Positions 19,164 to 27,930 of a stretch of DNA of 64,000 nucleotides are shown here, piece after piece. Source of the stretch: an uncultured Nanoarchaeota archaeon (GTDB lineage Archaea; Nanobdellota; Nanobdellia; Pacearchaeales; GW2011-AR1); contig CAVUQF010000002.1 in NCBI GenBank assembly GCA_963743615.1, positions 129,697 to 193,696 on the forward strand. The letters run 5' to 3'. The position numbers were made by a program, and so were the translations under genes. Under the pieces are notes generated by a model. That model did not search any database and was not told where the DNA came from. It was given only the letters and a program-made list of their open reading frames with translations. Position 1 is the first letter of the stretch; each line of letters begins with the position of its first letter.

Positions 19164-20108
19164 ATGGCGAAAAAGAGAGCGAAATCTAAAAGATCCGTCA
19201 AGAAAAATAGGAATAATAAGACTGAAAAATTATCTTATAAAGTAAAGTCCAAAAGTTCATCTGCTCCAAAAGATTTTCCTACACTAAACATAAATAAGGA
19301 TTCTGAGATTGCAATGGATTTTGCAACAAAAGCTTATGAGAGATTTAACAAAATAATAAAGTCTGTTGTGCTCTTCGGTTCAACCGCAAAGCAGACTACT
19401 GTACCTGGTTCCGATATTGATATAATAATCATACTAGATGATGTGTCAATAGATTGGGATCAAGAACTTACATCTTGGTATCGGGAAGAGTTGGACAAAT
19501 TGTTGAGGAGAAATCCTTACAAGAAAAATTTGCATATTAATACTGTAAAGTTAAGCACGTGGTGGGAAGATCTGATGAGGGGGGATCCGGTAGTTATTAA
19601 TGTAATCAGATATGGAGAATCTATGATCGATTTCGGAGGATTCTTTGAACCACTAAAATTTTTATTGTTAAGAGGGAAAATAAGATCCACTCCTGAGGCT
19701 GTTTATAGTTGTCTTCAGCGAGCTCCTCAGCATTTCTTAAGAAGTAAGACTGCAGAACTTGGTGCTGTTGAGGGTTTGTACTGGGCGATGGTCGACTCCG
19801 CTCATGCAGCACTTATATCTCGTAATATTCTTCCACCATCACCAGAACATATCCCTCTAAATCTGAAAGAAACATTTGTTAATGAAGGGACCTTAAAAAT
19901 GAAATATGTGACTTGGTATAGAGATCTGTTATTTTTATACAAGAAGATTTCTCACGGGGAATTGGGTGATATGAAAGGCATAGAAATCGATATGTGGCAG
20001 GATAGAACAAATGAATTTATGGGGGTTATGGCAAAATTAGTTGATATGACTATAACCGGAGATAAGAGTATAAACTTAGAAACAAAACCGGAAGAGGAAA
20101 AAGAATAA
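19164..20108 (+). CDS. Pol-beta superfamily nucleotidyltransferase with basic N-terminal tail
   Basis: The NTase motif is LFGSTAKQTTVPGSDIDIIIILDD (hG[GS]x9DhDh). A K/R-rich N-terminus is present. The C-terminal helical domain is homologous to that of 23658..25472. Confidence 0.6.
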   Translation: MAKKRAKSKRSVKKNRNNKTEKLSYKVKSKSSSAPKDFPTLNINKDSEIAMDFATKAYERFNKIIKSVVLFGSTAKQTTVPGSDIDIIIILDDVSIDWDQELTSWYREELDKLLRRNPYKKNLHINTVKLSTWWEDLMRGDPVVINVIRYGESMIDFGGFFEPLKFLLLRGKIRSTPEAVYSCLQRAPQHFLRSKTAELGAVEGLYWAMVDSAHAALISRNILPPSPEHIPLNLKETFVNEGTLKMKYVTWYRDLLFLYKKISHGELGDMKGIEIDMWQDRTNEFMGVMAKLVDMTITGDKSINLETKPEEEKE

Positions 20109-20157
20109 AATTGATTCGTTCTGTTATCCAATATCGAGTTGGCTTAACTCTTTAAAA

Positions 20158-20709
20158 TTATTTTTTTTCTTCAGCTTTCTCTGCTTCTGCAAGAACCTTT
20201 TCCAATCCTGCAGTGATATTTTTAGTTGAATCTCCAACTAACTTTGAAACAATATTGCCGGTAGTATAACTCATACACATTCCAATTATCCCTTTTCTTT
20301 CTTCCTCTCCCAATTCAAAGAGATATTTTCCTGCGTATTTACTTTTAAGAGGCTTGCTGGAGCCAACATATTCCAAAGCATCTTTAGCTGTTATTCTTGC
20401 AAAATCTTGCAGCAATATTGAGACTGAAGTAGTTTGAATGTACGGAGAAGTTAATGCCCCCCCTTCCTGAGATAATGGAGGGAAGAATATTTTTTCATAA
20501 GTATCTTGATCTGGAGCCTTTGATAATGTTTCCAAGTATCTTACTTCAGCTAATTCAGAAATTTTACCAAATTCCTGTGGAGTTACTAATTTTGGAAGTG
20601 CATAATTCCAAAATCCACTTTTTGGATTTGTAGTGTTAAGAGCAGCCTTTCTATCCTTTTCCCTTCCGGCTTTAATTTCTTCTTCAGTTAATTTCTTTTC
20701 TTCTGCCAT
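20158..20709 (-). CDS. Hypothetical protein
   Basis: A 183-aa ORF with K/E-rich termini and no recognised motif. Confidence 0.4.
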   Translation of the reverse strand: MAEEKKLTEEEIKAGREKDRKAALNTTNPKSGFWNYALPKLVTPQEFGKISELAEVRYLETLSKAPDQDTYEKIFFPPLSQEGGALTSPYIQTTSVSILLQDFARITAKDALEYVGSSKPLKSKYAGKYLFELGEEERKGIIGMCMSYTTGNIVSKLVGDSTKNITAGLEKVLAEAEKAEEKK

Positions 20710-20710
20710 G

Positions 20711-21073
20711 TTAATATTGACCTACCCTCTTTTCAATATATTCATTAAATCTTTTGACCATCTCTGACTCTCCTAAATTTCTGACTCCTTCCAGTACTTT
20801 CTTCTGTAAATTTCTATCTCTAAAAACTAGTTCACTAAAAGGTACATCTTCTCCCGTAAGCTTTTTGATACCTGCCTTGTAAAGATCAAGATTGTCGGAG
20901 TCTATTAAATTCAAAGGTTCAAATACTTGGTACATTGCAACTTCCAACGGATCAGTCGAGTTCCACCAGTGATTATTACCATATTCTTCCTTTGCTTTTT
21001 CTATACTTTGAGCACTGCCTACACCAAGCTTTTCCCTTATTTTCTCCTTTATCCTATTTGATAAGTCTCCCAT
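20711..21073 (-). CDS. Hypothetical protein
   Basis: A 120-aa ORF lying 1 nt upstream of the previous gene, which suggests an operon. Confidence 0.4.
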   Translation of the reverse strand: MGDLSNRIKEKIREKLGVGSAQSIEKAKEEYGNNHWWNSTDPLEVAMYQVFEPLNLIDSDNLDLYKAGIKKLTGEDVPFSELVFRDRNLQKKVLEGVRNLGESEMVKRFNEYIEKRVGQY

Positions 21074-21136
21074 AATAAACCGATAAATCCTCTATTTATA
21101 AACTTTATGGATGTTACTACTTTGTAGTAAATAGAA

Positions 21137-21700
21137 TTAAACTGTCTTAGGCAAGGGCATCTCTTCAGTCTTCATTTCCGCAACAATTTTTATGCTTCCA
21201 GGCATTTTTGGCTTTATTTCTTTCAGAATGGTCCTTAGAATCCTAATTCCATTGTCATTTTGGACTGCAAAGAAGAATATTCTGCTACCTGGTTTTAAAA
21301 TAGCTGATCTCCCCACAGATTTTCCAAAAGATAGTGCCATTCCTGTTTGCATTCTATCTGCTCCAGCTCCAGTAAGCATTTTATTTTCCCTTTGTATGTG
21401 ATGTGGGTAAGGGAGTATTTTGAATAGATATTTTCCAAGCAACAGCTTATCAAGCTCCTTGTTTATATACTGCCTGCAGGCTTCAAGAGCATTATGCCTT
21501 ATCTGCACACTTTCTGCTGAGACAACTGTTAGCTGATAAGGGAATTTCCCGTCCCTGAAAGCCTTCCAATCTCCCATGGTAAATTTAACAATTTTTGAAG
21601 GAGGAACTACCTTTACATATGAGTACTTTTTCTTCTTACTCTTTCTTGTGAAAGGAACAACTGTCTTTCTTGAATATGCAGATGCTTTTCTTAATCCCAT
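21137..21700 (-). CDS. rpl10e: 50S ribosomal protein L10e (uL16)
   Basis: The motif GAGADRMQTGM and an overall L10e-like sequence. Confidence 0.85.
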   Translation of the reverse strand: MGLRKASAYSRKTVVPFTRKSKKKKYSYVKVVPPSKIVKFTMGDWKAFRDGKFPYQLTVVSAESVQIRHNALEACRQYINKELDKLLLGKYLFKILPYPHHIQRENKMLTGAGADRMQTGMALSFGKSVGRSAILKPGSRIFFFAVQNDNGIRILRTILKEIKPKMPGSIKIVAEMKTEEMPLPKTV

Positions 21701-21701
21701 T

Positions 21702-21962
21702 TTACTTTATTTCAACCCCTGTTGTGACTGCCTGTCCCGGCAGACCTTTTTCGAATATAGCCCTTATTACTCCTTTGTTTCCGTGAGCTGAAGAAACCTT
21801 TCCCATAATTACCTTCCCGGCTGGAGATTTCCACTCAACTTCTTTTCCGACAAACTTTTCAGCGTCTTTCCTTGTGTGAATTCCTTCAACTTCTATTAAA
21901 AAATGTCTTTTATGGACGGTATGATTACCTCTTCTAAACTGTACAACGAGACCTTTTGTCAT
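21702..21962 (-). CDS. rpl35ae: 50S ribosomal protein L35Ae (eL33)
   Basis: The protein starts with a QFRRG-like motif and contains WKSPAGKVIMGKV..HGNKGVIRAIFEKGLPGQA, matching archaeal L35Ae. Confidence 0.85.
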   Translation of the reverse strand: MTKGLVVQFRRGNHTVHKRHFLIEVEGIHTRKDAEKFVGKEVEWKSPAGKVIMGKVSSAHGNKGVIRAIFEKGLPGQAVTTGVEIK

Positions 21963-22038
21963 TTTTATTGATAATTTACTAAAACATTTAGATATAGAGA
22001 TATTATAAAATCAGTTTAAAAAGATTGCCTTTCTAAGG

Positions 22039-22494
22039 TTAGGAGAACGCCTGCTTTACGTTCTTGCTGAATAATAGATATCCTCCAATTAGCCCGTTTA
22101 TAACAGCTAAAATAGTCCCCCAGATAACACTTGTTGTAATCGAGAAAATTGATCCCAAAACAGCAATACATTCAAAGATTATCACAATGACTCTTGACCA
22201 TTTCTGTCCTTTCCACAAACCCCTTCCTATGAAAAAGTAAAGTAAACCAAAGGCGATGATTATAATGCCTGCAACAACAAACAAGCCAGAACCCAGAGTG
22301 CTTAGCAAAGGAATGGAGCTAAACATTGAACTGATAAGCCCCCCTCCAAGAATCAAAGCTAAACCTGCAAAAACAGAAATAACTGAACCAATATAATATA
22401 ATATGGAAAGAATCTTCACAAGCGCCGGAATGCCCACCTTGACGGCTGGACTAACAGGATTAACTTGAGGACTCAAAGCCGGATTATTATCCAT
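22039..22494 (-). CDS. Integral membrane protein, hypothetical
   Basis: Four predicted TM helices in 151 aa. Confidence 0.4.
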   Translation of the reverse strand: MDNNPALSPQVNPVSPAVKVGIPALVKILSILYYIGSVISVFAGLALILGGGLISSMFSSIPLLSTLGSGLFVVAGIIIIAFGLLYFFIGRGLWKGQKWSRVIVIIFECIAVLGSIFSITTSVIWGTILAVINGLIGGYLLFSKNVKQAFS

Positions 22495-22552
22495 AAACTA
22501 AACCTCTTTTCATTTCCATTGCGCAATTATAAAAAATTCTTATTATAAAAAC

Positions 22553-23674
22553 TTATCTTTCTAAAACAATAATACTTCTTCCAATAATTGAATCTTTCCT
22601 GAACTCATTTATCGGGCCCTCTACAATTTTCAATTTTGTAGCGGAACTGATTTTTTTGAAATCACAAGAGATCTGGCCTCTTCCTGTGAAGATAAGGGGG
22701 GCAGTAAATACTATCTTTCCGTTTACATAACTCTTAAGATTTTTCAGCGTTTTTATTATAAGTTCCTCGAAATTATTTTTTATTTTGTTTGCTTCTTCTT
22801 TCGAAGGATTGTTTTTCTGCAATTTTCCAAGTTCTGGCTCTGTAGCAACCCCATTAACCTTAGAAATTCTTGCAACAGAAGAATCTTCATTTAATATCTT
22901 GTATTGATCTCTTTCAAAGCCAAACCATCCAAGATTTTTTCTTGCATCTTCAACAGCTTTTTTATCTTTATCAATTCCAACGGCCTTTATTTTTTGGAGC
23001 AAAGCCTCCTCTAGTATCACTCCAATCCCACAAAAAGGATCAAGGATAACTTCTTCATCTTTTACTTCTGATAAATTTATTAAAATCTTTGCAAGTCTAG
23101 GAGATATAGAAAGCTCATTCCTTCTTATCGGTTTTTTCATGTCTCTTTCTTCAATTTGTTCGTAATCAATTTTTTCAATTATTCTTCCAAAATTATCTTC
23201 AAAAATAAAATATTGCTCATCAATATTTTTTGATGAAACGTTGGGAACAAACTCTCCATCCTGTAATTTTATATTTCCTGTCAGTTTCTTTTCAGTAGCT
23301 TTTAATCCCTCTTTTTTTAATTTTTGCTTCAAATAAAATAGAACATCGCTGAAGTCTTTTCCATTGAAATTATATAGAACATAATTTAATTTGTTATCTT
23401 CCGAATAATAAATTATTTTCTTTTCTAGCTCATCAAAAATATTTTTTCCAGTCCCTGAGGCAAGAACCTCTCCTATTGAAATAACTCCTCCAAATTTTTC
23501 AACTGTTCCTCTTTCAAATTTTTTATTTGTTTCTACTAATAGCCCATTATCGAAAAGTCCAATCTGCTTAAAGTCAAGATTATTTTTCCTGAAAAAAGCC
23601 TTTACTTCCGCAATAGATAGTTCTATATTTCTTCCGAGAATAAAAAGATATTTCATTTTAGAACAAGATTTCAA
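22553..23674 (-). CDS. THUMP-domain tRNA (guanine-N2) methyltransferase (Trm11/TrmG10-like)
   Basis: An N-terminal THUMP-like region is followed by the SAM-binding motif DPFCGIGVILEEA. The true start may be the second Met at 23656. Confidence 0.65.
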   Translation of the reverse strand: MKSCSKMKYLFILGRNIELSIAEVKAFFRKNNLDFKQIGLFDNGLLVETNKKFERGTVEKFGGVISIGEVLASGTGKNIFDELEKKIIYYSEDNKLNYVLYNFNGKDFSDVLFYLKQKLKKEGLKATEKKLTGNIKLQDGEFVPNVSSKNIDEQYFIFEDNFGRIIEKIDYEQIEERDMKKPIRRNELSISPRLAKILINLSEVKDEEVILDPFCGIGVILEEALLQKIKAVGIDKDKKAVEDARKNLGWFGFERDQYKILNEDSSVARISKVNGVATEPELGKLQKNNPSKEEANKIKNNFEELIIKTLKNLKSYVNGKIVFTAPLIFTGRGQISCDFKKISSATKLKIVEGPINEFRKDSIIGRSIIVLER

Positions 23675-25472
23675 AATCGCCTAATTCTTTCTTTAGTAAG
23701 GCAAAAGCTTCCGAAGAAATATTCGCAGCTTTCTTGTATTTCTGCTGTTCCGCAGCCTTAGAAACCTCTTCCATATTTGATTCTGATATCTTGTCAGTAA
23801 TTTTCTTTATTTTTCCTTCCTCAAACAAAAATAATTCTTTGTCATAAACCAATACTTCAGCAGTTTTATCCTTGTCTTTTTCTCGGTATTTAATTGTCAT
23901 TCTTCTCTTGTCGAGTTCGGCCAAATCCTTTCTCTGAGAAAATTCAATAAGACTGTTAATTAAAGTGGTTGCTTCTCTCCTTATGTTGTCTATTGCATGA
24001 AGGCTAGATTTTTCTTTGCCAAATTCTTTTTTTGCCGCAATTATATTATTTATAATCTTAAGATGTTGGGAACTGAATTTCCCTCCCCCGACCATCTTCT
24101 GAAATTCTTCTATTATTGCAGGATTGGAAGCCTTACCAGTTACCGACTTGAGTAATTCAAAAACTTGCTGATAAATTTCTTCAATAGTTTTTTTCTGTGC
24201 CCTTTTTTCAATCTGTTCTCTTAGTTCTTTCAATCTTTTTAAGTACTCTTCAGTGCCGCTGATGAACTCATCCAAAGCGGCTCCTTTTATTTCCTTGAGC
24301 TTTTCATGCTCATACTCTTTATATTTTTCAATGACCTTTTCCAGTATTGTAACATATTTCGCTTCAAGCATTTTTTCCTTATCGACGAAGATTTCTCTCA
24401 TTTCCTTGACCGTTTGCTTTGGTGTTGGGGGAGGCAATCCGTAAAGCATAAGCAATGCCTGACTCGGAGTTATAACTCCCCAATAAATCTCATGAACAAG
24501 TATATCTAATAGTGCCCCTTTTGCTCTCTGCACGGTCTTATCTCCCATAGACATAAACATATCAATTGCTTCTGGAGAAGGTTTTAGCTTTCCCATCTTC
24601 AATAGAATTTTCCAAGGCATGAATGTTCCTCTATCATAAAGTGGAACTCCGTCTCTTATAAAAGTAAAAATGACTGGTTCTGCATCTTTAACTTTCTCCC
24701 AAAACTCAGTAAGAAGGTAAACCTGAACATTCAGGATATTCTCTTTGACTCCTGCAATGGCATAAGCCTCAGAGATGTACTGATAAATAATTCCTCTCAA
24801 TCTTTCTTTTAATTCCAATCTTGGCATTCTTTTTACATCCGTATCATTGATAATTATGAAGACATCAACATCTGAAGTCTTTGAAGCTTCACCCCTTACA
24901 ATGCTTCCAGCAATTACATAGCTGACAACGTATCTCTCAAACTTTTGAAGAACAAGCGTTTTATGAACTTCAGCTACTCTTAATGATTTCAAGAATCCTT
25001 TGTCATAGAGGGGGAAAGACATGGCAATTGCGCTGAGAATCTCAAACTTGCTATCCATTCCATATTCCCAAACATCTCCATTTGTTTTTACATAAACCCA
25101 GATATCTTGTTTTTCCTTTTCAATCTCTTTTACAACTTCTTCTTTTATCTTGGTTATCTCTTTAACCTTATCATCCGGAATAATAATACACAAATGAATT
25201 TTTTTTAGCAATTTTTCTAACTGATCTTTTGGAGTGTCTTCACCAAGTTCTTCTTCAATAACTATCTTAAGAGCTTGCGATGGAAGAACTCCAATTGCTT
25301 TTACAAATGGATATTTCTTTGTTATAAACAACTTAAGTTTATTCAGTTCTTTTTTTGTTTTATCGATATTCTTCTGTGTCTCTGTAGGACTGGGTAGATT
25401 AGTCTTATTGGAAGATGAGTAGTTATTGTTAAGATTCATCTCAGGAATATCTTTGCTGCTTTCTTCGGGCAT
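23658..25472 (-). CDS. Large nucleotidyltransferase-domain protein (paralog of 19164..20108)
   Basis: The central NTase motif is IAGSIVRGEASKTSDVDVFIIIND. The following helical domain aligns with the 19164 protein (TEFWEKV..EPVIFTFIRDGVPLYD..LPPPTPKQ versus STWWEDL..DPVVINVIRYGESMID..LPPSPEHI). Confidence 0.55.
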   Translation of the reverse strand: MPEESSKDIPEMNLNNNYSSSNKTNLPSPTETQKNIDKTKKELNKLKLFITKKYPFVKAIGVLPSQALKIVIEEELGEDTPKDQLEKLLKKIHLCIIIPDDKVKEITKIKEEVVKEIEKEKQDIWVYVKTNGDVWEYGMDSKFEILSAIAMSFPLYDKGFLKSLRVAEVHKTLVLQKFERYVVSYVIAGSIVRGEASKTSDVDVFIIINDTDVKRMPRLELKERLRGIIYQYISEAYAIAGVKENILNVQVYLLTEFWEKVKDAEPVIFTFIRDGVPLYDRGTFMPWKILLKMGKLKPSPEAIDMFMSMGDKTVQRAKGALLDILVHEIYWGVITPSQALLMLYGLPPPTPKQTVKEMREIFVDKEKMLEAKYVTILEKVIEKYKEYEHEKLKEIKGAALDEFISGTEEYLKRLKELREQIEKRAQKKTIEEIYQQVFELLKSVTGKASNPAIIEEFQKMVGGGKFSSQHLKIINNIIAAKKEFGKEKSSLHAIDNIRREATTLINSLIEFSQRKDLAELDKRRMTIKYREKDKDKTAEVLVYDKELFLFEEGKIKKITDKISESNMEEVSKAAEQQKYKKAANISSEAFALLKKELGDFEILF

Positions 25473-25557
25473 ATCTAAATTATCAAGATAATACTTTTAA
25501 ATGTTTTTAAGTGCGCGGACCGAGCTGATTACCATTTTGGCATTCTTCTAAGATGTA

Positions 25558-26019
25558 TTATTTGTAGTATATACTTATGTTTATAATTCCATCTGTTATC
25601 CAATCATTTCCGAAAGTTGCATCAAGTCGTTCTAACCGACTCTGCAATTCTTGATCATTTTTGTAATGAACAAACATAGAGCGAATTGGTAGATCAGAAT
25701 TATCTCTTGTAATAATATTTTTAATTAGCTTAGTATATTCTTCAAGTTCCTCTTTTTTAAATTCAAATCTAAAACCAAATTCTATCTCTACAAGGAAAGG
25801 AATCATTTCTGGGTGCCCTTTTTTTCTAGATATGTTAAACTTTTCCATCCAAGATCTTATTTCAGATAAATTATTTTTATGATCTTCTTCAGATTGAACT
25901 CTCTTAATTATCATTCCCATCGTTTCAACATTTAATCCATATACAAATTTCTTTGTTTTAACTTGATTACTGCCATTACTAGTAATTTTCCAAATTCTTT
26001 TCCATCCCTTAGGTTTCAT
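25558..26019 (-). CDS. Hypothetical protein
   Basis: A 153-aa ORF with no recognised motif. Confidence 0.35.
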   Translation of the reverse strand: MKPKGWKRIWKITSNGSNQVKTKKFVYGLNVETMGMIIKRVQSEEDHKNNLSEIRSWMEKFNISRKKGHPEMIPFLVEIEFGFRFEFKKEELEEYTKLIKNIITRDNSDLPIRSMFVHYKNDQELQSRLERLDATFGNDWITDGIINISIYYK

Positions 26020-26185
26020 ACTAGCCTTTTCTTTTTTGATAAAGCCTTTTAATTCAAGTTTTTTCCTTCCATCTATAGAATGTTTCTTTGCGTTTGTAGG
26101 GATCTATTTTCATATTTCTTTAAGCTTAATTTTATTTTTAAGCAACTGGTATATACTACCCTACAAAAATGCCAAGAAGATTAGG

Positions 26186-26256
26186 TGCGCGGACCGGGAG
26201 TCGGACCCGGCTCACCTCGTTGGCAACGAGATATTCTACCGATTAACTACCCGCGC
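26186..26256 (-). tRNA. tRNA-Gly (anticodon GCC)
   Basis: A manual cloverleaf fits. The acceptor is GCGCGGG/UCCGCGC, the anticodon stem UCUCG/CGAGG with loop UUGCCAA, and the T-arm CCGGG-UCCGACU-CCCGG. The discriminator is A and no CCA is encoded. Confidence 0.7.
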
Positions 26257-26286
26257 TTAATTTATCATTAATTGCCAAAGACAAAA

Positions 26287-26357
26287 TGGTCCTAGGAGGA
26301 GTCGGACCTCCCCTTCCTCGGTGTAAACGAGGTGTTCTACCGATAGACTATAAGACC
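26287..26357 (-). tRNA. tRNA-Val (anticodon UAC)
   Basis: A manual cloverleaf fits. The acceptor is GGUCUUA/UAGGACC, the anticodon stem CCUCG/CGAGG with loop UUUACAC, and the T-arm GGAGG-UCCGACU-CCUCC. The discriminator is A. Confidence 0.7.
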
Positions 26358-26495
26358 TTAATCTGTGAAATTTTAAGAATTTGAGCACTTTTAAAATTTT
26401 GGTTTGTGGGATATAATCCCTACATTTGATAAAAGAAAAAGATTTTAAATGATTAAATAATAAATTAATAAAATGAATAAAAAAGGGGATTTGTT

Positions 26496-27815
26496 ATGGT
26501 GATTAGTCATGAGGAGAAAGTTGAAAAGATTTCTAATCAATTAAAATCTTACAAGAGCAAAGAGCCAATTTCATTGAAGAAAAAGAGTGTTCCGCATCAG
26601 GTTCCGAAGCCTCAGGATAAATTTTATTCGGATAACAAGATATACATTGGAGATTTGGACGAGATAATAAGCATAGATCCTGACGAAAAAACTTGTATTG
26701 CAGAGCCAGGGGTCATGTTTGTGGATTTGGTCAAGGCAACACTGAAATATAACCTCGTTCCGCTAACTGTGCCGGAACATAAAACGATAACAATTGGCGG
26801 GGCGGTTGCAGGATGTTCAATTGAGTCTATGTCTTATAAATATGGAGGATTTCATGATAGTTGCTTGGAATATGAAGTAATAACTGCAAAGGGGGATGTA
26901 ATAATTTGCTCCCCAAAAGATAATAATTTATTATTCCAGATGATGCAAGGAACATTTGGAACTCTGGGGATAATTTCGAGGCTCAAATTCAAGCTTGTTC
27001 AGGCAAAGCCCTTTGTTAAGGTAACACACGAAAAGTATGGCAGTTTGAAAGATTACAAATCTGCAATTTGGAAGCATTTTAAGAATAAAGACATTGATTT
27101 TATGGATGGATTCATCAATGGCACTGAAGAGATGATGTTAAGCATAGGAAATTTTGTTGATAAAGCTCCGTATTCTCATAGTTATGATTGGACAAGAGTA
27201 TATTATTCACAAAGTATTATGAAAAGAAGGGAAGATTATCTTAAGACAAAAAATTATCTTTTTAGATATGATAAAGGGCACGCAACTCCAACTCGAAAGA
27301 CATTCATTGGAAGACTACTATTTGGTAAATTTAGCGGTTCTAATTCGATACTGAAACTGGCCAATGAATTTCACTGGCTGATTCCTCCGGACAAAATTCC
27401 GATTATCGTTGATTTGTTTATTCCATTTTCAAAGATGGAAGAATTTATGGATTGGTATGTAAAGCAAATTGATTTTTTCCCATTATGGTGTGTTCCCTAC
27501 AAGCCCCAGCATAATTATGAATGGTTATCTCCTGAATTTGTCAGCAAGAAAGATGATGGACTAGTTCTGGATATTGCAATTTATGACATGAAAAAAAATA
27601 AAGACAAGAATTACTATAGAATGATGGAGCAAGAATTAATGAAAATAAAGGGAATAAAGACGCTTATATCGAATAACTATTATTTTGAGAAGGAATTCTG
27701 GAAAATTTGGAACAAAAAGAATTACTACAAGATAAAAAAGATAACCGATCCAGCCAACATTCTCAGAGATTTATATGAAAAAACTTGCCAAGCATCAATG
27801 GGGCTTGGGAGATAG
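26496..27815 (+). CDS. FAD-linked oxidase (FAD_binding_4/PCMH-type FAD-binding domain)
   Basis: The region PGVMFVDLVKATLKYNLVPLTVPEHKTITIGGAVAGCSIESMSYKYGGFHD ... GTFGTLGIISRLKFKL matches the PCMH FAD-binding fold. Confidence 0.65.
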   Translation: MVISHEEKVEKISNQLKSYKSKEPISLKKKSVPHQVPKPQDKFYSDNKIYIGDLDEIISIDPDEKTCIAEPGVMFVDLVKATLKYNLVPLTVPEHKTITIGGAVAGCSIESMSYKYGGFHDSCLEYEVITAKGDVIICSPKDNNLLFQMMQGTFGTLGIISRLKFKLVQAKPFVKVTHEKYGSLKDYKSAIWKHFKNKDIDFMDGFINGTEEMMLSIGNFVDKAPYSHSYDWTRVYYSQSIMKRREDYLKTKNYLFRYDKGHATPTRKTFIGRLLFGKFSGSNSILKLANEFHWLIPPDKIPIIVDLFIPFSKMEEFMDWYVKQIDFFPLWCVPYKPQHNYEWLSPEFVSKKDDGLVLDIAIYDMKKNKDKNYYRMMEQELMKIKGIKTLISNNYYFEKEFWKIWNKKNYYKIKKITDPANILRDLYEKTCQASMGLGR

Positions 27816-27930
27816 TTGGAATTTAGTGATAATCCTCCAAAATTCTTACATTTTAATGTTGTAAATTGATGTAATTATGTAATAATAACATTATACAAAT
27901 CTTTATAAATAATTCAATGATGAAAGGAAC

